From a virus: a stretch of 64,000 nt of DNA. This document shows positions 36,917-47,393 of this stretch, piece after piece (the stretch's first letter is position 1; each line of letters begins with the position of its first letter). The DNA is taken from positions 1-64,000 of the IMG/VR virus record IMGVR_UViG_3300042691_047309. The stretch is one strand, 5' to 3'. Both the position numbers and the translations under genes were made by a program. The notes below the pieces were generated by a model. It was given only the letters and a program-made list of their open reading frames with translations, had not been told where the DNA came from and did no database searches.

Positions 36917-38449
36917 TTATTTAACTTTAATCTTCATCTTAGTTCCGGTTGATATCTTTTCACAACTAAGTTCAAATCCGTGCTCTTTGATAATTGCTAA
37001 ACAGATATTCAGACCAAGTCCGGCCTCTTCAATATCTTTGTGTTTAGCTTTAATAATCTTTTCAAATTGTCTTTCTGAAAGACCTCTACCATTGTCTTCT
37101 ACAACTATGTTATCTTCTTCTAAATAAATCTTGACTAATTTATTCTCACTATCATTATATTTGAGACCATTTTTAATTAAGTTGTCAACAGCATTCCAGA
37201 AAAGTGTTTCATTTGCCTCTAAAGTTGTAAGTTCTCCTAATTCAACTTGCTGATGATAAGAAGTTTTAGAAATTGAATCTTCTAATAATTGTCTGATATC
37301 AACTTCTTTCTTTTCCAAAACAACATTTTGTTTTACTAAGTTTGTAAATTCATAAACACTCTTATAAACTTTTTGAGTGTGATTTAAACCTTCTCTAATC
37401 ATTTTAACTGATCCGTCAATCTTTAGATTTTTTAACTCATCTGGAGTAATTCTTTTTTCCAAAGATGAAATTCCTCTTGGTATATAAGTATTGATTCCTG
37501 AATGCATATCGTGTCTGATTATTCTAGCAGCATGTTCTAAATAAGTATTCTTTTTATTTATGTCTTCTAATTGTCTTTCAATTTCTTTATCTTGAACTTT
37601 AATAGTTCTTCTTTGTAAAAGTGCTAATACAGAAAGTATAAGAACGGTGATTGCTAAAATAGCACCCCATAGCCAATTTTTGATAACTTGTTTCTCTTCC
37701 TTTAATGTTTCTTTGTCAATATTCAAATCAATTACTTGTTTCTCTTTCTTTAAGGATTTGATATTAACATCTTTAGCATCAATTAGGTCTTGACTGCCAT
37801 TGTTATCTATTAATTGCTTTTTTTCTTTTTGGATTTTTTCAATTTGATTATCAATTTGTTTAGAAAGATTTTCTAAATCTTCTTTTGATAAACTATTAAA
37901 TGTTTGTGGAAGATTTTTAAGAAAATCTGCATCTTTTTTAAGACTTTGTAATTCAGAAATACTCAATTCTGTTTTAGATTCTTCAGTTTTTTTCTCCAAT
38001 TTATATTCTTTTTCTAACTCATTTCTAATTTCCTTTCTAATTTGAGAAATATTATTATAGTATGAGCTATCTCTAAAAACGTCTTTTAGTCTAACTCCTT
38101 TTTTTTCAGAAAATCTTTTAATTTTAGAAAGGTAAAAGTCAGCTTCTTGATAAAGGCCTTTATTATAAAACTCTACTCCTAACTCTCTATAAAGTCTTGC
38201 TTGTTCAGTAGTTATTTTATTTACATCTTCTAATGAAGCTGGATTTAATTTATAAATTAATTCCATTATAGTCTCATCTTCCGGCAAGATAGGAACACCT
38301 TGGTCATAAACTGCCTCATATTCATTTATCTTATTGTAAATAACATTTTCAGACTTATTTTTTAATGTGTCAATATATTGATTAAAATTTATTTGAGAAA
38401 ATAAATTGCATGAGAATAAAGTTATTAAAGTTAAAAGTAGTGGTTTCAT
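36917..38449 (-). CDS. membrane sensor histidine kinase
   Basis: Signal peptide, extracytoplasmic coiled coil, TM helix, H-box IRHDMHS, N-box NLIKNGLKY, EDNGRG, GLGL. Confidence 0.85.
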   Translation of the reverse strand: MKPLLLTLITLFSCNLFSQINFNQYIDTLKNKSENVIYNKINEYEAVYDQGVPILPEDETIMELIYKLNPASLEDVNKITTEQARLYRELGVEFYNKGLYQEADFYLSKIKRFSEKKGVRLKDVFRDSSYYNNISQIRKEIRNELEKEYKLEKKTEESKTELSISELQSLKKDADFLKNLPQTFNSLSKEDLENLSKQIDNQIEKIQKEKKQLIDNNGSQDLIDAKDVNIKSLKKEKQVIDLNIDKETLKEEKQVIKNWLWGAILAITVLILSVLALLQRRTIKVQDKEIERQLEDINKKNTYLEHAARIIRHDMHSGINTYIPRGISSLEKRITPDELKNLKIDGSVKMIREGLNHTQKVYKSVYEFTNLVKQNVVLEKKEVDIRQLLEDSISKTSYHQQVELGELTTLEANETLFWNAVDNLIKNGLKYNDSENKLVKIYLEEDNIVVEDNGRGLSERQFEKIIKAKHKDIEEAGLGLNICLAIIKEHGFELSCEKISTGTKMKIKVK

Positions 38450-38473
38450 AAATCTATATATTAATAAAAAATA

Positions 38474-38749
38474 TTAATAGAAAGTATTTTTCAACTCAAA
38501 TTCAATGTCATCATCATCACTTTTTTCAAAATCAAAATCGAATCCCATATTTACAATATATGATGCGACACAATCAACCATCATTGGATCCGCTCCTCTT
38601 TCTTCCATGTATTTCATATAGTCTTGAATAGTGAAACTACCTTTCTCATTTTTTAGTTTTTGTAATTTAGGTAAAATGTCTTTAGCGATATCTTCATGAA
38701 TATCAGAGTCTAATTTTCCGTAAGATTCAAAAGTTTTTAAATGTCTCAT
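38474..38749 (-). CDS. N-tagged hypothetical protein
   Basis: MRHLKTFES. Confidence 0.65.
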   Translation of the reverse strand: MRHLKTFESYGKLDSDIHEDIAKDILPKLQKLKNEKGSFTIQDYMKYMEERGADPMMVDCVASYIVNMGFDFDFEKSDDDDIEFELKNTFY

Positions 38750-38762
38750 ATCTATATTTTTT

Positions 38763-40829
38763 TTACATTTCTTCTACCCAAGGTTTCTTACCTCTTCTTT
38801 CAAGTTTCTCACACATATCTTTCCACTCATTAGGCTCAAATTTAAGTGCATTTTCTTTTAAGAATTGTCCTACTTGTTTTTTTAAGTCACCATTTGGAAG
38901 TTTTCTTGTATGACCCATCCAAGCAAAAGCATCAACAAATCCAGATTTACAACCTTTTGACATTTGGTCATTTATAATATCCATTCTACCATATTCAGCA
39001 GCCCATTTAACTACAAAGTTTTTACCAGCTTCTTCTGATTTAACTCCATATTTTAATAACATTTGGTATCCAGCAAAATAAGATTCTCCAATCTCTGTAA
39101 GACTTTTCCAAGATCCTTTACAAACTTTTCTGATTGGAAGATTTGAATTAAAGTTAGCATCAGCTCCTGCTTTTAAACAGAATTCTAAAGCATCTTCATC
39201 ACAAACAATGTTATTAAATACATCACCTGTAAGAACCGCGTGATTAGAAACTAACAACTTAATCATTTCCATATCTTTAGCTTTAGCAATTGCTGAATCA
39301 GCTCCTTTTTGTAAGTTAGGTGTTCCACCCAACGCAAAAATCATTTTAACTCTTTCTATATCATTATCTTCAACAGCATTGATAAGAGCTTTTCCATTAT
39401 CTCTATTTATGTCAGCTCCAAATTCTTTAACATATCCTTGTAAATCAGCCGCTGTAATAGTCCTTTCTCTACCAGTTTCTGGGTCCGGAATAGTTTTCTT
39501 AATAATAAATCTTTCAGCGTCTTTTGCTCTCTTTCTTCTGTCAATTTCTTCTTGACTAAGAGGTTGTAAGATATCAAAAAGACTATCACCAATCTCGTAT
39601 TCATTCTCCCATTGTTTTAAGAGTGATTTAAACTCACCACCTATATAATTATTATTCACTGTTTGACAAGCACCATTATCCCAACTTCTATTCGGTTTCA
39701 TTGTAATTCCAATAGTCCATCTAGTATTTGTAGATGAAAGATTAAAATTATAAATGTAGTATTGAATATTATACTCACCTAAATAACTATTCCAGTGAGA
39801 CTCGGTATTCACAATACAGTGTGAGCAGTGAGAGTTTAGCATTTTGTTAGCCGCGTAAGAATTGACCTCTACTATCATAATACCAGATACATTGTAAATA
39901 ACTTTACATCCTTTAACACCAAGTAAGTCATTTACTTTATTAATCTTTTCAATTCTATCAGAGTATCCTTCTGTTCCAGAGGCGTCTAAGTGTTGTTTTG
40001 CAGCTCTGATAAACTCAACAAGTGGATTTTCCTCATTATTAAATCTAGCTAATCTACTTCTCCAAACTAATTTTCCAAAATTTGGATTTGGTTTTCCATC
40101 TCTTGTTGTCTCCCAATTATCAACAAGCATTTCGCCAAAGAAAGTTTTCCAAATAATTTCTTTTTTATCATCTGGAGTGATACTTTCAAAACCAACAGCT
40201 ATTTCTATTAGTTGTTCCATTTGAAGTTCAGTTGCTGAGTTAGCAGCTTTTTTCAATTTTGGAGGAAGAGTATCAATAATTTTTTTAACCTTTCTATAGT
40301 CTCCTAATTTATCTAATTCATCCGAAAGAATCTCAGCATTTGTATGATTGTTAGATGGATTTGGAATTGACTCATCTATAAAGTTAATATCAAATTTCTT
40401 TGGAAGTTTATCTAACAAGTCTTTATATTCTATAAGAAGACCATAAAGTCTTTCAACTTCTTCATAAGATATTCCTTCAATGAAATACATATAAACAAAA
40501 TTATAAAGATATCCGATGTTTGGTTGAAAAAGGTCTCTTAGCTTAACAAACTCTTCATTGCGTTCAAGATTTCTAACTTGTTCATCTGTTAATCTAACAT
40601 CTCTCATTTTCATTCTGATTTCGTTAAATTGTTCCGGTGTAAAGTCATTTTTAGAAAGACCTTTCTTTTCACCATTTCTTAATTGGTAATCTAACTCAGA
40701 ATCAACAAATTTTAAATCAGTAGCCAACTTTTTTATAACAAATTGGTCTTTCAAAAACTTTTTTGATTTATCAAGATTCTCATTAAGAGGATGTAAATTA
40801 GTAAATTGGTTATATCTAAATAACTTCAT
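38763..40829 (-). CDS. N-tagged protein with C-terminal ankyrin-like repeats
   Basis: Start moved to MKLFRYNQF...LNEN; GADIN..ALINAV, MIKLLV, AGADAN, WAAEYG repeats. Confidence 0.7.
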   Translation of the reverse strand: MKLFRYNQFTNLHPLNENLDKSKKFLKDQFVIKKLATDLKFVDSELDYQLRNGEKKGLSKNDFTPEQFNEIRMKMRDVRLTDEQVRNLERNEEFVKLRDLFQPNIGYLYNFVYMYFIEGISYEEVERLYGLLIEYKDLLDKLPKKFDINFIDESIPNPSNNHTNAEILSDELDKLGDYRKVKKIIDTLPPKLKKAANSATELQMEQLIEIAVGFESITPDDKKEIIWKTFFGEMLVDNWETTRDGKPNPNFGKLVWRSRLARFNNEENPLVEFIRAAKQHLDASGTEGYSDRIEKINKVNDLLGVKGCKVIYNVSGIMIVEVNSYAANKMLNSHCSHCIVNTESHWNSYLGEYNIQYYIYNFNLSSTNTRWTIGITMKPNRSWDNGACQTVNNNYIGGEFKSLLKQWENEYEIGDSLFDILQPLSQEEIDRRKRAKDAERFIIKKTIPDPETGRERTITAADLQGYVKEFGADINRDNGKALINAVEDNDIERVKMIFALGGTPNLQKGADSAIAKAKDMEMIKLLVSNHAVLTGDVFNNIVCDEDALEFCLKAGADANFNSNLPIRKVCKGSWKSLTEIGESYFAGYQMLLKYGVKSEEAGKNFVVKWAAEYGRMDIINDQMSKGCKSGFVDAFAWMGHTRKLPNGDLKKQVGQFLKENALKFEPNEWKDMCEKLERRGKKPWVEEM

Positions 40830-40833
40830 AAAT

Positions 40834-41811
40834 TTATTTTTTCTTTTTTGATTCTCCAGCAAACGGACTTAATAAATGTTTTAGATTCCAAGATGGAATA
40901 AATTTCTTATTATGTTTTTCATAGTCTTCGTATGATTCAATTCCTGAATCTACAACATTTTGATAGTATTGGATATTAGCACCTTGTTTATTTAAGTCGG
41001 ATATTCTATCTCCAATGTCAATTCCTTTGGTCATTTTTCTTAACTTATTCCATTGATCGACCGTTTGTTGTCTTGGAAGAGATTCGTTTACATAATCTAC
41101 AAAGTTTAAAATCTTAGACTCAGATAACTGACCTTTAGACATTTCAATCACCTCTTTTGATGTTGTTGTGAAATAAAGACCGTCTTTTATAAACTCATTT
41201 CTGTTTGCAATTGAAACTCCATTTTTACCAGGAAAAGCCGTTATAACAGAAAGAACTACTTTATCTCCTAATTTACCTAATTTAGCTCCAATAAAACTTA
41301 AAAAGGTAGTTTTTTCACCTTCACCCTGTTTTACTTTAATATTAAATTCATTACCTCTAGAATCTTTGTATGTATAAACATTCATAGATTTAAATTCATC
41401 TGAATTAGCATCTAACTGATGGACATTTTCAACACCAACATCTGTTTTAGAATCTAAACCTAACCATTTAAACTTTTCAGCTTCATCTGGATTTGTAACT
41501 TTTGTTTCACTTGGACCAAACCCTTTGGTCATTTCAGTTGGTTTATTATTTTTAACTAACTCAACGATTGCTTTCTTTAAATCAACTCCTTTATCAAATT
41601 TAGAACCTGGTATAGTTTCTTCAACATGTGAATCTGTTATATGAGATAAATCTCCTAATAATAGAATAAAGTCACCGGATTCATAAACTGTATCTTTATT
41701 TGCCTCAACTTTTCCTTTCAGAAATTGATTATTATCAATCATCGATTGAATTTGAGAGTATATTAATTCTTCCCCATCTTCTACATTTTCAAATAATCTT
41801 ATGTGTTTCAT
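40834..41811 (-). CDS. N-tagged two-domain hypothetical protein
   Basis: MKHIRLFEN; internal second tag LSESKILNFVDYVNES. Confidence 0.7.
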   Translation of the reverse strand: MKHIRLFENVEDGEELIYSQIQSMIDNNQFLKGKVEANKDTVYESGDFILLLGDLSHITDSHVEETIPGSKFDKGVDLKKAIVELVKNNKPTEMTKGFGPSETKVTNPDEAEKFKWLGLDSKTDVGVENVHQLDANSDEFKSMNVYTYKDSRGNEFNIKVKQGEGEKTTFLSFIGAKLGKLGDKVVLSVITAFPGKNGVSIANRNEFIKDGLYFTTTSKEVIEMSKGQLSESKILNFVDYVNESLPRQQTVDQWNKLRKMTKGIDIGDRISDLNKQGANIQYYQNVVDSGIESYEDYEKHNKKFIPSWNLKHLLSPFAGESKKKK

Positions 41812-42242
41812 TGTTGTAATAATTCTTTTATATCATTCAAAAGTTCAGATACATCATCAAATGAACCAGAGAAAGCATATCCGTCTCCACCACAACTAAA
41901 TTCAAAAATAACTTTTGAGTTGTATTTATTTTTACCTTCAGTTCTTCTTTCATACATATCAAATTCATCTGGAATGCTTTCGTAAGTATTATCCATGTTC
42001 ATTCTTACAAAATCATCAGCAATACTTTCAGATTCTTGTTCTGATTTACCTGCTGATATAAGGCTATTGTAAACTAATGTGTTTATAATATTTTCTAATG
42101 TACTTTCAGAACCATAACTGTAACGGGCTTCAACCTTTTCGTTTAGATGGTCCTCAAATTGTTCAAGTGTTGTTTCATCAGTCACTACGAATTCTTCATC
42201 TTCGTTAGATTCAAATAACTTAAATGATTTAATATATTTCAT
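41808..42242 (-). CDS. N-tagged acidic hypothetical protein
   Basis: MKYIKSFKLFES; late motif at 42261-42271. Confidence 0.7.
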   Translation of the reverse strand: MKYIKSFKLFESNEDEEFVVTDETTLEQFEDHLNEKVEARYSYGSESTLENIINTLVYNSLISAGKSEQESESIADDFVRMNMDNTYESIPDEFDMYERRTEGKNKYNSKVIFEFSCGGDGYAFSGSFDDVSELLNDIKELLQQ

Positions 42243-42276
42243 ATTAAAAATTAATTTTTAGTATATATTAAAAGTA

Positions 42277-42302
42277 AAAAACCCACTTTTTAAAAGTGGG
42301 TT
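42277..42302 (-). terminator. terminator after nrdB
   Basis: AACCCACTTT/AAAGTGGGTT inverted repeat. Confidence 0.7.
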
Positions 42303-42330
42303 AAAAACAAAAAAAGAAAAAAACAAACGA

Positions 42331-43290
42331 TTAGAAATCATCATCTAAGTTATCAAAGTCGATAGCTTTGTCAGATGCCTTTTGATATTCAGAAACCCTC
42401 TTCTCAAAAAAGTTAGACTTGTTTTGAAGTGATAACATTTCCATAAAATCAAATGGATTTTCCACACCGTAAACTTTTGAACAACCAAGTTCAGTTAGCC
42501 AAAAGTCAGCAACATACTCAATATATTGTTGCATAAGTTTAGAATTCATACCAATCAGTGCCACTGGCAGTGAATCTGTAATAAATTCTTTCTCAATCTC
42601 AACTGCTTCACATATAATTTGTTTAATTCTATCTTCAGTGACTTTATTTTGGACATATTTACTGTGTAGCATACAAGCAAACATACAGTGAAGTCCTTCA
42701 TCTCTTGAGATTAACTCATTTGAAAAAGTAAGACCCGGCATAAGACCTCTCTTTTTTAACCAGAAAATTGAACAAAAAGATCCAGAAAAGAAAATACCTT
42801 CAACAGCTGCAAATGCAATAAGTCTTTCAGCAAATGATTCTGATGAAATCCATTTAAGAGCCCAATCAGCCTTCTTTTTAACCGCAGGTACTGTTTGAAT
42901 AGCATTAAAAAGATAATCTCTTTCCTGTGAGTTTTTGATGTAAGTGTCAATTAAAAGAGAATAAGTTTCAGAGTGAATATTTTCAATTGCTATTTGAAAT
43001 CCATAAAAACATTTTGCTTCTGGATATTGTACTTCTTTTAAAAAGTTTTCAGCTAAATTCTCATTTACAATTCCGTCAGATGCTGCAAAGAAAGCCAAAA
43101 CATGTTTAATGTAATGTCTTTCATCATCATTTAATTTTTCATTCCAATCCGTAAGATCTTGCGCCAAGTCAATTTCTTCAGCAGTCCAGAATGAATGTTC
43201 AGCAGTTTTGTACAATTCCCAAATATCATTGTATTTCAATGGGAAAAGAACAAATCGATTAGGGTTTTCTGTTAATATGTGTTCGTTCAT
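42331..43290 (-). CDS. nrdB: ribonucleotide reductase class Ia beta subunit
   Basis: [50 protein letters not shown]. Confidence 0.95.
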   Translation of the reverse strand: MNEHILTENPNRFVLFPLKYNDIWELYKTAEHSFWTAEEIDLAQDLTDWNEKLNDDERHYIKHVLAFFAASDGIVNENLAENFLKEVQYPEAKCFYGFQIAIENIHSETYSLLIDTYIKNSQERDYLFNAIQTVPAVKKKADWALKWISSESFAERLIAFAAVEGIFFSGSFCSIFWLKKRGLMPGLTFSNELISRDEGLHCMFACMLHSKYVQNKVTEDRIKQIICEAVEIEKEFITDSLPVALIGMNSKLMQQYIEYVADFWLTELGCSKVYGVENPFDFMEMLSLQNKSNFFEKRVSEYQKASDKAIDFDNLDDDF

Positions 43291-43375
43291 AAATTTTATT
43301 TTGATTTAGATTATATATTGAAAAAAGACACTGTTGTTTATATTAATTTTGTAAATTATGAAAAGAAAAAATATT

Positions 43376-43470
43376 TAAAAACGAAAAGGGGAAGTAGCGA
43401 ATTTCCCCTTTTCTATTAGCATAACTAATACCGGTCCTAAAGATGGGACTTTCGTCCTCCGGTTCATACC
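43376..43470 (-). ncRNA. candidate ~90-nt structured small RNA
   Basis: Minus strand: late motif TAATATATAA, then ACCGG/CCGGT stem, GGAC-GAAA-GTCC hairpin, terminator AAAAGGGGAA/TTCCCCTTTT. Confidence 0.55.
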
Positions 43471-43477
43471 TTATATA

Positions 43478-44299
43478 TTATTTTCTCATTTCGGTTGGTA
43501 GTGGTAAATCAGCTCTTAGTCCTAAAGTTATTACTGCTTGATTTCCACTAAATCCTAATATGTTATATTTTTTACCGAAATTTGTTAAATCAATTTGACC
43601 ATAGAATTTACTAACTTCTAATCTTGAAGAAAGTTTTAAACCATTAAATCCAAGAGCATCGGTTCCCAAAAATTCTTTTCTTAATTCGGAATTTTGATTT
43701 AAACCATAATCTCCACCTAATCTTCTAGTAACAAAACCACCAGATATTAATAGTCTAATTTTTTCATTTGATCTATTCAACATATTTACATCTAGTAATC
43801 TTAAAACTATATCTCCCGAAAAAGATGATATAGTTACTGGTAATTCAATAGATGATTTTTGCCAAGTCGTATTATTCACTCTATAATCAATTTGTATTCC
43901 AACTGATCTAATTAATTTTTGCCTAATTGTTCTTTTAATATAAATAGAATCTTTTTTATAAAAACTTTCTAGCCCAGCTATGAATTGAAAGTTAGATATA
44001 TTTGAAGAAGAGTTTTGAGGAAGCAATAAGTTAGTTCCAAATAATTTAGTCTCTGATAAATTATCAGTTGTTATTTGTTCATTTTGAGAATGCACAGTGA
44101 ATGTAGAAGAGCAATAAACTCTATCTACTTCAAATAAAACTCCAAGTGTTCCAACCGCTGATTGAGATTCTTTTCTTGTATCAGAAGCTGATGAAGCATA
44201 CTTTATATCAGTGTTTAAATAAACTCTTAAATCGTTTGTATCCTTTTGAGAAAGAGATATAAATGGTAGTAAAAATATAATAACTTTTAAGATTTTCAT
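43478..44299 (-). CDS. secreted, beta-rich (outer-membrane-like) protein
   Basis: Bacteroidota-style signal peptide ending SLSQ; alternating beta pattern near the C-terminus. Confidence 0.55.
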   Translation of the reverse strand: MKILKVIIFLLPFISLSQKDTNDLRVYLNTDIKYASSASDTRKESQSAVGTLGVLFEVDRVYCSSTFTVHSQNEQITTDNLSETKLFGTNLLLPQNSSSNISNFQFIAGLESFYKKDSIYIKRTIRQKLIRSVGIQIDYRVNNTTWQKSSIELPVTISSFSGDIVLRLLDVNMLNRSNEKIRLLISGGFVTRRLGGDYGLNQNSELRKEFLGTDALGFNGLKLSSRLEVSKFYGQIDLTNFGKKYNILGFSGNQAVITLGLRADLPLPTEMRK

Positions 44300-44397
44300 C
44301 TTTAATTTTTATTTTTATATATCAAAAATATCATTGTCGTATTTAAACTTTCTGTTTTATTATCATAGAAACTTAGTAATTTGTAATTAAAAATAAA

Positions 44398-44709
44398 ATG
44401 GTTAAACACGAAATTAGAGTGGAATTAGAAAAGTCAAATGAGATTTTATCATTAATTGAAAAGGCTTATTTTGAAGAAGGACTCGGTGGTAAAATTTTAG
44501 GTAAAGAACACTACCTTACAATTGATAAAGAAGATGAAATCAATTGGACAATATTCAGTGGTCTTCATAATACAACTGTTAAAATATCCAACACAGATGT
44601 TATTGATGGAACTATGAGATTTGTAATAGATGAAAGTGAGGAAGAAATTAAACTTTATCCAATTTCAATTTATTGCATCAAAGAAGACGATAGATATATC
44701 TTTTATTAA
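44398..44709 (+). CDS. hypothetical protein
   Basis: Clean ORF with A-rich leader. Confidence 0.6.
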   Translation: MVKHEIRVELEKSNEILSLIEKAYFEEGLGGKILGKEHYLTIDKEDEINWTIFSGLHNTTVKISNTDVIDGTMRFVIDESEEEIKLYPISIYCIKEDDRYIFY

Positions 44710-44724
44710 AAAATAAAAATTATT

Positions 44725-45741
44725 ATGAAACTAGATTGGAATGACATTTCTATAATACCAGAATGTTTGAGCTCAATTTCTTCAAGAAAAGAAATTAATT
44801 CAAGTTACGTCGGAAAACTACCATTATTTACCGCACCGATGGACAAAGTAGTTGATGAGACTAATGTTGATGATTTTGTAAATAATAATATTAATGTTTG
44901 CTTACCCCGTCATGTCAAATATGAAGTGGTAAAAAATGATGATTATTTCTACTCTTATGGATTGGATGAAATAATTGATCTTTTAAATAAAAAATCACAA
45001 CTCCCTAAACGAGTATTGATTGATGTAGCTAACGGTCATATGAAAAAGCTTTATGATACTGCTAAACTAATTAAAGAAACTTTTGGTAATAATATTGAAT
45101 TAATGGTCGGGAATATCGCCAATCCTGACACTTACCGAAAGTATTGTGAAATTGGCGTCGATTATATAAGAGTTGGAATTGGCGGAGGCAGCGCATGTAC
45201 TACCTCTGCCAATGTTTCCATCCATTATCCGATGGCATCATTAATAGAAGAATGTGCTTACTATAAAGGAGTATATGATAACCCAACTAAAATAGTTGCT
45301 GATGGTGGCTTTAGAAATTTCTCTGACATTATTAAAGCTCTTGCTTTAGGAGCTGACTATGTAATGTTAGGTGGTGTATTTAATAAATGTTTAGAAAGTT
45401 GTGGTGATAATTTCCTAAAAGATGCAAATGGTATTTATCATACAATTGAACCAGAAATAGCAACTTTGAATTTTAATACTGGGATTGATGTCTATAAATA
45501 TTATAGAGGTATGTCTACTAAAGAAGTTCAAAAGTCTTGGAATAAATCTGAGTTAAAAACTGGAGAAGGTATAACTAAATACAATAAGGTTGATTATACT
45601 TTAGAAGGTTGGTGTGAGAACTTTACAGATTACTTAAAATCCGCTATGTCATATACAGATAGTAGAGAACTTAAAGATTTCATAGGTCAAGTCAGATGGG
45701 AAGTTATTAGTCAAAACTCATTTAATCGATTCAACAAGTAA
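44725..45741 (+). CDS. guaC: GMP reductase (IMPDH/GMPR family)
   Basis: IDVANGH, VGIGGGSACTT, ADGG, GADYVMLG, YRGMS; no CBS domain. Confidence 0.75.
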   Translation: MKLDWNDISIIPECLSSISSRKEINSSYVGKLPLFTAPMDKVVDETNVDDFVNNNINVCLPRHVKYEVVKNDDYFYSYGLDEIIDLLNKKSQLPKRVLIDVANGHMKKLYDTAKLIKETFGNNIELMVGNIANPDTYRKYCEIGVDYIRVGIGGGSACTTSANVSIHYPMASLIEECAYYKGVYDNPTKIVADGGFRNFSDIIKALALGADYVMLGGVFNKCLESCGDNFLKDANGIYHTIEPEIATLNFNTGIDVYKYYRGMSTKEVQKSWNKSELKTGEGITKYNKVDYTLEGWCENFTDYLKSAMSYTDSRELKDFIGQVRWEVISQNSFNRFNK

Positions 45742-45783
45742 GAGATCTTGACTCTTAAAAATCAAGTGGTGTTCCGTGTGAGC

Positions 45784-45812
45784 AAAAAACCCAGTCGATG
45801 ACTGGGTTTTTT
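45784..45812. terminator. bidirectional intrinsic terminator
   Basis: AAAAAACCCAGTC-GAT-GACTGGGTTTTTT between convergent genes. Confidence 0.85.
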
Positions 45813-46609
45813 TATTTTTTTACCATAAAAAAGAAACTTGACGTTGATTGACCTTTGATTTCCTCTTCGACTTCTTTAACTTCTTCTTTACCTTGAGTAA
45901 CCAAGTCTGCTGCTTGAATTTTAACACCGCCTGGTAGAGTAAAGTCATATCGACCAACTAAATTTCCAAGTTGTTGTTTTGAATATCCCACTACATATTT
46001 AAAAAATAAATCATCTCTAAAAAGATTTTCCTGTGGAATATTCGCATAAGCTTCCATAATTACATCATACTTAACATTTGTCAAAATATGTATTCTGTGA
46101 TTTAGTTGATTAAATTGATATTTTAAAGTATATTTGTTAAAAACATTTAACATATCAGACATTGAATCTAATATTGTTTTATAAACTCCTAATTCTCCAA
46201 TAGTTGTTACATATGAAGAAAGATATGGTTGATTTGTAACCCCTAGATTAACTGATAAGTTTGGCGTATTTATACCTAATTGATATAAACTATCTCCTCT
46301 AACTTCATAAAGATATGTTACCGATTGAATCTCACAAGGAACATTAACAAAATTATATTTGGTAAATTCTTCTGCAAAAAATGCTTCTTTTCTAATTAAA
46401 AAATACATTTTTTGTACAGCAAATTGGTAACTACGATAAAACCAAGGAAGAGCTCTGGTCTCAATAATTTGTCTAATGTTTGCGTCAGGTAAAGTTTTAG
46501 GTAATGAACATGATATTGTTAATTCGTTCTGAACAAAATCAATTAATTCATCTATAGTATAACCACCTTGATATGGTATATATGTATCCCCTAATCCGTT
46601 AGTAGCCAT
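45812..46609 (-). CDS. T4 gp13-like neck protein
   Basis: C-terminal LGNLVGRYDFTLPGGVKI...GKEEVKEVEEEI resembles the gp13 family; late motif upstream. Confidence 0.7.
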   Translation of the reverse strand: MATNGLGDTYIPYQGGYTIDELIDFVQNELTISCSLPKTLPDANIRQIIETRALPWFYRSYQFAVQKMYFLIRKEAFFAEEFTKYNFVNVPCEIQSVTYLYEVRGDSLYQLGINTPNLSVNLGVTNQPYLSSYVTTIGELGVYKTILDSMSDMLNVFNKYTLKYQFNQLNHRIHILTNVKYDVIMEAYANIPQENLFRDDLFFKYVVGYSKQQLGNLVGRYDFTLPGGVKIQAADLVTQGKEEVKEVEEEIKGQSTSSFFFMVKK

Positions 46610-46674
46610 ATAGTATTATTATTTTTTTTATATATTAAATTGAGAATTTCATTAATTATGCTTATATTTGTATT

Positions 46675-46854
46675 ATGAAAAAGGGTAAAATACACTTAGG
46701 AACTTTTACTAAATTAGACTCATTGAAAGCATCTAAGAAGGCTTCTCGTGAGATGGAATTACAAAATTCTACTGGATGGATTGCAAAACATAAAGTGCAT
46801 AAATCTGTTAAAGATTATACTCGAAAGTTAAAACACAAAAATGAAACTTTTTAA
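46675..46854 (+). CDS. small basic protein, ArfA-like (absent from the ORF track)
   Basis: 59 aa ending HKVHKSVKDYTRKLKHKNETF; TATATTTG at 46663-46670. Confidence 0.55.
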   Translation: MKKGKIHLGTFTKLDSLKASKKASREMELQNSTGWIAKHKVHKSVKDYTRKLKHKNETF

Positions 46855-47362
46855 AGAATTTATATCTTATTTTAATAATCCTTTTGTTAGGCCAAAAATA
46901 AAATTTTATATTGGTAAGGTTGCTGTTGGAACTCCTTATTTTTTTCCAAGAAAAACTATCAAAGATCCTGATAAACCAAAATATCTAAAATTTATTCCAA
47001 AAAAAATTGGATTTGACATTGTTTCTTTAGGTTGGAAAACAAAATGGTCTCAATTTAGATTTGAGTGGGCTCCTGTAGTTTCTTTTGTTTTCTTTAAATG
47101 GCAAATTGCTATAACCATTGTAGCTCCTGAACAAGACCATTACTGGGAAAGTTGGCTTTACTATCAGTATGAAACTGATAAAAAAAAGTCTAAATTAGAA
47201 AGAGCTATACAGTGTCAAAAAGAATATCCTCAAAATTGGAAATCAACAAGAAATGGTGTTGAAACAAAAATAAACTTCTATGACATTATTTTAAAAAAGA
47301 AATATCGTATAAAAAATATTGATGAAATAAGAGAAGATAAATTAAACTCTTTATTTAAATAA
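46841..47362 (+). CDS. hypothetical protein with C-terminal tag
   Basis: Trp-rich; ends IREDKLNSLFK. Confidence 0.65.
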   Translation: MKLFKEFISYFNNPFVRPKIKFYIGKVAVGTPYFFPRKTIKDPDKPKYLKFIPKKIGFDIVSLGWKTKWSQFRFEWAPVVSFVFFKWQIAITIVAPEQDHYWESWLYYQYETDKKKSKLERAIQCQKEYPQNWKSTRNGVETKINFYDIILKKKYRIKNIDEIREDKLNSLFK

Positions 47363-47393
47363 AAAAACCTGTTCTTAATTGAACAGGTTTTTT
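47362..47393. terminator. bidirectional terminator
   Basis: AAAAAACCTGTTC-TTAATT-GAACAGGTTTTTT. Confidence 0.8.
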
